Shown here: piece by piece, positions 58,973 through 64,000 of the stretch
Layout: each line of letters opens with the position of its first letter
How positions within the stretch are numbered: the first letter of the stretch is position 1
From: Planctomycetota bacterium
GTDB lineage: Bacteria > Planctomycetota > B15-G4
DNA length: 64,000 nucleotides
NCBI GenBank assembly: GCA_038212275.1
Contig: JBBQUR010000007.1
Span: 128,001-192,000, forward strand
Direction: 5' to 3'
Program-made: the position numbers and the translations under genes
The notes under the pieces: generated by a model
Told to the model about the DNA's origin: nothing
The model's database searches: none
Seen by the model: the letters and a program-made list of their open reading frames with translations, nothing else

Positions 58973-59977
58973 ATGACCTCGGCCACGGTGCTGATCGTGA
59001 ACTTCAACGGCGGCGCCCTGCTGGCGCGCTGCCTGGAGACGGTGCTCGCGCAGCAACCTCCGCCCGCGGAGATCGTGGTGGTGGACAACGCATCGCATGA
59101 TGGCTCCGTCGCCACGCTCCCCGAAGGCGTCCGCCTGGTTTCCATGCCTCGCAATGCCGGCTACTCCGCTGCCGTGAACGCCGGGCTTGCCGCCACCACG
59201 GCGCCGTACGTCCTCATGCTGAACCCCGACACGGAGTTGTTTCCCGGGTGCCTCGCGGCCGCCGTCGCCGCACTGCACGCGGACTACGAACTCGGCTCGG
59301 TAGCCCCGCGCGTGCTCCTCGCGGCCGAGCCGACGCGCCTGGATGCCATCGGCATCGGTCTCACGTCCCGCTTCTCGCAACTCAACATCGGCCACGGGCG
59401 GCTCGACACGGACGTACCGGCCGAACCACGTACCGTGCTCGGGCCGCTGGGCGGCGCGGCCCTCTGGCGCCGTCGCGCGCTGAAGCAGGCCGGTCTCTTC
59501 AGCGAAGACTTCTTCCTCTACTGGGAGGACGTGGACATCGCGCTGCGCGTGAACCGCGCCGGCTACACGTGCCGCACGGTGCCGACGGCGCGCGTGCTGC
59601 ACCACGGCAGCGCGACCATCGGGCGCGGCTCCATCACGAACGTGTTCTACATGCTGAGGAATCACGCACCGTGCCTGCTCGGCGCGCTGCCCGGTCCGCT
59701 GCTGCGCAACCGCTGCGTCTGGCTGATCCTCGCGCCGATGCGCGCCGCCGTGCTCCACGGCCGCCGCGGACGGCCCTTCACCGCGATCGCCGGCCTGCTG
59801 TGCGGCTTCGCGCTGTTTCCCGCCGCCTACCTGCGCCGACGCCGCCTCACCCGGAGCGGCACCAGCCGCAAGGCCGCCGACCGCATCGCCGCGCTCATGG
59901 CCGCCACCGACGCCGACCGGCTCGCGATGAAAGCCGCGGAACGGGCCCTGCGCGCTCCGCACGGACATGGCGCATGA
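58973..59977 (+). CDS. Glycosyltransferase family 2
   Basis: VNFNG, VDNASHDGS, NAGYSAAVN, LNPD, FFLYWEDVD. Confidence 0.92.
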   Translation: MTSATVLIVNFNGGALLARCLETVLAQQPPPAEIVVVDNASHDGSVATLPEGVRLVSMPRNAGYSAAVNAGLAATTAPYVLMLNPDTELFPGCLAAAVAALHADYELGSVAPRVLLAAEPTRLDAIGIGLTSRFSQLNIGHGRLDTDVPAEPRTVLGPLGGAALWRRRALKQAGLFSEDFFLYWEDVDIALRVNRAGYTCRTVPTARVLHHGSATIGRGSITNVFYMLRNHAPCLLGALPGPLLRNRCVWLILAPMRAAVLHGRRGRPFTAIAGLLCGFALFPAAYLRRRRLTRSGTSRKAADRIAALMAATDADRLAMKAAERALRAPHGHGA

Positions 59978-61215
59978 GATTTCTCTCCGTCGCAACCTTC
60001 GCGTGGCCCGACCACTACGGCGGTGCGGAGCGCGTCATCGGCGAGGTGGCGACCCGCCTCGTGCAACGCGGGCACGAGGTCACGCTGCTGACGTCGTGCA
60101 TCGACGGCCTGCCCGAGCGCGAGTTGCGCGACGGCGTGCAGGTGCGGCGCTACGCCGTGGACCGCGCTTCGCCGGTGCGCTTCTACCGCAGCGTGTTCGC
60201 CGGCGTGCGAGAGGCGCTGCGCAGCGGCAGCCTCCCGCCGCACGACGTGCTGCACCTGCACCAGATGCTCTCCGGCGTGGCCGCCGTCGCGCCGGGCCTG
60301 GGTCGTCACGGCACGGCAGGCGGCGGCGCCGTCATCGGCAGCTTCTACGCACCGTACAACGAGGAGTACCTGGCGCGCTTCCGTGACGGCCACGCCGCAG
60401 GAGACGTGCCGTGGTCCGCGCGCGCCGTCTCCGCGGTGCTGCGCCACGGCGACCGGGCGCTGCTGCGGGCGAGTCGGCAGGTCGTGGTGCTCTCGCGCTT
60501 CTCTCTCGGCCAGGTCGCGGGGCTGCTGCCGTCGGCTGCCGCGCGCACCACGATTGCAGCGCCCGGCGTGGACCTCGTGCGCTTCACGCCGGCTCCCGAT
60601 CGCACGGCGGCACGTGCGGCAGCCGACGTGTTCGGCCTGCCATCGGACGGCACGCCCCTGCTCCTCTCGGTGCGACGCCTCGTGCCGCGCATGGGCCTTG
60701 CCGACCTGATCGAAGCCGCAGCCATCCTCGGCGCGCGCGGCGTACGCTGTCACGTCGCGATTGCAGGCACGGGTGAAGAACGCGACGCACTGGCGGCGCG
60801 CGCAGCGGCCGCGGGGCTCGCGGGACGCTGCAGCTTCCTCGGTCGCGTCGCGGAGGAGCGCCTGCCCGAGCTGTACCGCGCCGCGTCGGCCTTCGTGCTG
60901 CCGACGCGCTGCCTCGAAGGCTTCGGCATGGCGACGGCCGAAGCGCTGGCGAGCGGCCTGCCCGTCGTGGCGACGGAGGTCGGCGCGAATGCGGAGCTGC
61001 TGGCGGGCGTCTCCGGGAGCGCGCTCGTGCCGCCGGCCGATCCTGCCGCACTTGCCGATGCGCTGACGCCGCTGCTCACCGACCTCGACGCCGCCGCCCG
61101 TGCCGGTCGCGCCGCGCGGGCGCACGCCGAGGCCCGGCTCACCTGGAACGGCCACATCGATGCCGTGGAGCAGGCCGGCGAACGCGCGCTGGCCGCCGCG
61201 GGAGCGGGCAAGTGA
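59974..61215 (+). CDS. Glycosyltransferase family 4
   Basis: GGAER, PGVD, RRLVPRMG, EGFGMATAEALASGLPVVAT. Confidence 0.93.
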   Translation: MRFLSVATFAWPDHYGGAERVIGEVATRLVQRGHEVTLLTSCIDGLPERELRDGVQVRRYAVDRASPVRFYRSVFAGVREALRSGSLPPHDVLHLHQMLSGVAAVAPGLGRHGTAGGGAVIGSFYAPYNEEYLARFRDGHAAGDVPWSARAVSAVLRHGDRALLRASRQVVVLSRFSLGQVAGLLPSAAARTTIAAPGVDLVRFTPAPDRTAARAAADVFGLPSDGTPLLLSVRRLVPRMGLADLIEAAAILGARGVRCHVAIAGTGEERDALAARAAAAGLAGRCSFLGRVAEERLPELYRAASAFVLPTRCLEGFGMATAEALASGLPVVATEVGANAELLAGVSGSALVPPADPAALADALTPLLTDLDAAARAGRAARAHAEARLTWNGHIDAVEQAGERALAAAGAGK

Positions 61216-62291
61216 AGATCGTCGCGCTCACGCGCACGTCGGCGCGAGGGCCGTCTTCGCGCTACCGCATCGAGCAATACCGTGAAGCACTCGCCGCGGA
61301 GGGCCTGCACGTGGAGACGGCGCCGCTCTTCGGCGACGGCTGGTTCGCGCTCCTCGAGTGGCGCCGGACGCCGCTGCGCGCGCTCGGCAAGGCCTTCTAC
61401 AGCGCGGCGCGGCTCCCGGTGCGCGCCGTCCAGGCGTTCGCCGCGGCCACCGGCGATGCCGATCTCGTGCACATCGAGCAGCAGCTCTTCCCGTACCTGC
61501 CGTGGGCGCTCGAGTCGCTCCTCTGGCCGCGGCGCAAGCCGGTGGTGCTCGAGTTCGACGACGCGATCTTCCTCACCTTCGCCCACCGTCGGAAACTGGA
61601 GCGGGCCTGCGCGCGGGCCGACCTCGTCATCGTCGGCAATCGCTTCCTCGCGGAGTTCGCGACGCCGCATGCCCGCCGCGTGACGGTCATCCCCACCACC
61701 GTGGACGTGGCGCGCTACAAGCATGCCCTGCGCGCACCCGACGGCGTGCTGCGCGTCGGCTGGATCGGGCTGCGCTACAACTTTCCGTACCTGTCCCGGC
61801 TGGTGGGTCCGCTGGCGCGGCTCGCCGCGGAGGGGATGGCCGTGGAGCTGCGCATCATCAGCAGCGCGGCCCCGGAGCTGGGGGCGGAGGCTGCCGGTTT
61901 CCGGGTCGTGCACCGCCCCTGGAGCGAGGCGGGAGAGGCGGCGGAGATCGCCGCCTGCGACGTGGGCGTCATGCCCCTGCCCGACAACGACTGGGCCCGC
62001 GGAAAGTGCGGCCTCAAGCTGCTCCAATTCATGGCAGCGCGACTGCCGGTCGTGGCCAGCCCGGTCGGATTCAACCGGGAACTGATCGAGGACGGCAGGA
62101 ACGGGCTGCTCGCAGCCGATGAAGACGGGTGGGAGTCGGCCTTTCGTCGCCTCCATGATGATCCCGCCCTCGCAGGCCGGTTGGGAGCTGCGGGCCACCG
62201 CACCGTCGAAGAACAGTATTCTCTGCAGATCGGAACACGACTCGTGTCGGATTCGTATCGCCAACTCCTCGCCCGCGCCGCTCACCCGTGA
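61212..62291 (+). CDS. Glycosyltransferase family 4
   Basis: SSRYR, EFDDAIF, IPTTVD, GWIG, GKCGLKLLQFMA..LPVVASPVG. Confidence 0.92.
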   Translation: MKIVALTRTSARGPSSRYRIEQYREALAAEGLHVETAPLFGDGWFALLEWRRTPLRALGKAFYSAARLPVRAVQAFAAATGDADLVHIEQQLFPYLPWALESLLWPRRKPVVLEFDDAIFLTFAHRRKLERACARADLVIVGNRFLAEFATPHARRVTVIPTTVDVARYKHALRAPDGVLRVGWIGLRYNFPYLSRLVGPLARLAAEGMAVELRIISSAAPELGAEAAGFRVVHRPWSEAGEAAEIAACDVGVMPLPDNDWARGKCGLKLLQFMAARLPVVASPVGFNRELIEDGRNGLLAADEDGWESAFRRLHDDPALAGRLGAAGHRTVEEQYSLQIGTRLVSDSYRQLLARAAHP

Positions 62292-63376
62292 TGTCCCACC
62301 TCCAGCCTGCCGACGTGATCTGGTACTGCCTCGCCTTCTTCACGGCGCTGGCGCTCGTGCTGTTCGTGACGCCGCTGACGATCCAGATCGCGACCGCGTT
62401 CCGCATCCACGACACGCCGGACGGACGGCTCAAGAAGCACACGCGCACGACGCCCTACCTCGGCGGCCTGGCCGTGGCCGCGGGCTTCGTGATCAGCTTC
62501 AGCCTCTTCTCCACGAAGGACACGCTGGACTATCGAGGCCTCGGAATCCTCGCGGGCAGCTTCATGATGGTGCTGCTCGGCCTCTACGACGACCTCGTCA
62601 ACCTGCGGCCCTCGGTGAAGTATCTGGGGCAGCTGCTCGCCGCCGTGGTGCTCTACAAGGCCGGCGTGCGCGTGCAGCTCGTGGCGCTCGACTGGTGGGG
62701 CAATCTGGCGCTCACCGTGCTCTGGATCACGGGCATCACGAACGCGTTCAACATCATCGACGTGATGGACGGCGTTTCGTCGGGCGTGGCCTGCATCGCC
62801 GCGCTGTTCCTGTTTCTCATCAGCGTGCTCATCGGCAAGGATCCGCTCGTGCCGTTCCTCGCCATCACGCTGGCCGGGGCGCTGGTGGGCTTCCTGCGCT
62901 TCAACTTCACGCCGGCGCGCATCTTCCTCGGCGACACGGGCAGCATGTTCATCGGCTTCCTGATGGCCGCGATGTCCATGCTGGTGAGCTACTCGGGGCG
63001 CAACCAGTTCGCGGTGCTGACTCCCGTGGTGCTGCTTGCCGTGCCGATCTTCGACACCGTCTTCGTGGCGGTGCATCGCGCGCGCAAGGGCATCCCGTTC
63101 TTCCGCGGCTCGCCCGATCACTTCGTGCTGCGCGTCAGTCACTCCGGCGCCGGCGTGCGCCGCACGGTGCTGGGCACGTGGGCCTGCTGCACCGCGCTCG
63201 GCGTCGTGGCGCTGCTCATGGTGTTCGGCCCGCATGAGCTCGTGCCGTGGTTGATCGGTGCGACGCTGGTCGGCGCGCTGGTCGCCTTCGCCCTGCTCTC
63301 CCGGCTGCCGCCGCCTGGCGCCGCCGCACCCGCGGCGACCCCGGCGCGATTGCGCGCACCACTGCGACGCGGCTGA
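62291..63376 (+). CDS. Undecaprenyl-phosphate HexNAc-1-phosphate transferase (WecA/TagO, MraY family)
   Basis: PYLGGLA, GLYDD, NAFNIIDVMDG, NFTPARIFLGDTGS; multiple TMs. Confidence 0.93.
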   Translation: MSHLQPADVIWYCLAFFTALALVLFVTPLTIQIATAFRIHDTPDGRLKKHTRTTPYLGGLAVAAGFVISFSLFSTKDTLDYRGLGILAGSFMMVLLGLYDDLVNLRPSVKYLGQLLAAVVLYKAGVRVQLVALDWWGNLALTVLWITGITNAFNIIDVMDGVSSGVACIAALFLFLISVLIGKDPLVPFLAITLAGALVGFLRFNFTPARIFLGDTGSMFIGFLMAAMSMLVSYSGRNQFAVLTPVVLLAVPIFDTVFVAVHRARKGIPFFRGSPDHFVLRVSHSGAGVRRTVLGTWACCTALGVVALLMVFGPHELVPWLIGATLVGALVAFALLSRLPPPGAAAPAATPARLRAPLRRG

Positions 63377-64000
63377 TGGCCTCCCCCGCCGTCGCGACAC
63401 TCCTCGCTCGACTTCCGCCGCCGCCACAGCGCGAGCTCCTCCCGGGGCGACACGACGAGGTGGCGGGGCCCGCGGTCGCGGAACGGTTTCTCGGCCAGCT
63501 CGAACCCGTGGACCACTCGATCCTCGTGCTCGTGCTCGGCCTGGGTCTCGACCTGGGCAGCGTTTCCTACGTGCTGCAGCTCGATCCGTCCATCGTCGCG
63601 TGGCGCCTGCGCCGCACGCTGCTCTCCGGACCCGAGAGCGTGGCCCCGGCGGCGCTCGAGTCGGGCGTGACGCAGTGGTTGCGAAACCGCTCGGGCGACG
63701 CGGCCGGCGACGGTCGGTCCGGCGGCAAGGAGGGCACGATCGCCGCGCGCTTCTTCGCGGACTTCTCCGCCGACGCCCGCGAGCGCCTCGAGGTGCGGCT
63801 CGACAGCCACGACCAGGAAGCCTCGACGGCCACCCGTCGCCCCGGGCTGGGCATCGGATCGCTCGTGCTCATCCTCGTGGCGGCAGCCGGCTTCATGGTC
63901 TACGGCGCGGTGCGCGACGTGAATCCGCTGTGGCGCGGCATGGCGCTGGTGCGACAGGCCGACTTCAACGCCGCACGCGACTCCTTCCAGGAACTCGGCG
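63376..64000 (+). CDS. Partial membrane protein with sigma-4-like HTH, one TM and the start of a TPR
   Basis: Own translation, open to the window edge; TGATG coupling to the WecA-like gene. Confidence 0.65.
   Translation, partial: MASPAVATLLARLPPPPQRELLPGRHDEVAGPAVAERFLGQLEPVDHSILVLVLGLGLDLGSVSYVLQLDPSIVAWRLRRTLLSGPESVAPAALESGVTQWLRNRSGDAAGDGRSGGKEGTIAARFFADFSADARERLEVRLDSHDQEASTATRRPGLGIGSLVLILVAAAGFMVYGAVRDVNPLWRGMALVRQADFNAARDSFQELG

Overview
Very GC-rich bacterial DNA with three parts. The lineage cannot be read from the sequence; uncultured Planctomycetota is a guess from gene content. (1) Left flank, 1-8040: the end of a surface-glycan operon (asnB-like amidotransferase, radical SAM, Wzm-type ABC permease, GT2), a large FG-GAP protein and a Ni/Co permease. 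(2) A ~32 kb accessory region between an intact tRNA-Ile2(CAU) gene (40261-40337, minus strand) and a full-length degenerate copy of it (8057-8130, minus strand, 65/74 identical). It holds intact cargo: nrfHA, a DUF3302-HlyD-outer membrane factor module, arylsulfatase, SulP, a Ca/H antiporter, an ECF sigma/cupin anti-sigma pair, DUF4198, DUF4331, radical SAM plus DUF547, and secreted propeller proteins. About a dozen gene fragments and IS91-, IS110- and integrase-core remnants are interleaved with this cargo. (3) Right flank, 40400-64000: glycan synthesis and modification genes, moaA, and a Cys-rich MerR plus sigma70 pair. The most notable signal is that five proteins with four unrelated N-terminal bodies all end in the same ~120-130 aa domain (W-x2-[LY]-[GS]...PFK[GQC]G...Q-x4-D...[ST]-[NQ]-[AG]-[LV]-x4-5-stop). 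The four with intact 5' ends also carry signal peptides. This is a candidate undescribed C-terminal sorting or anchoring domain. All family assignments come from motif recognition by eye; no searches were run.
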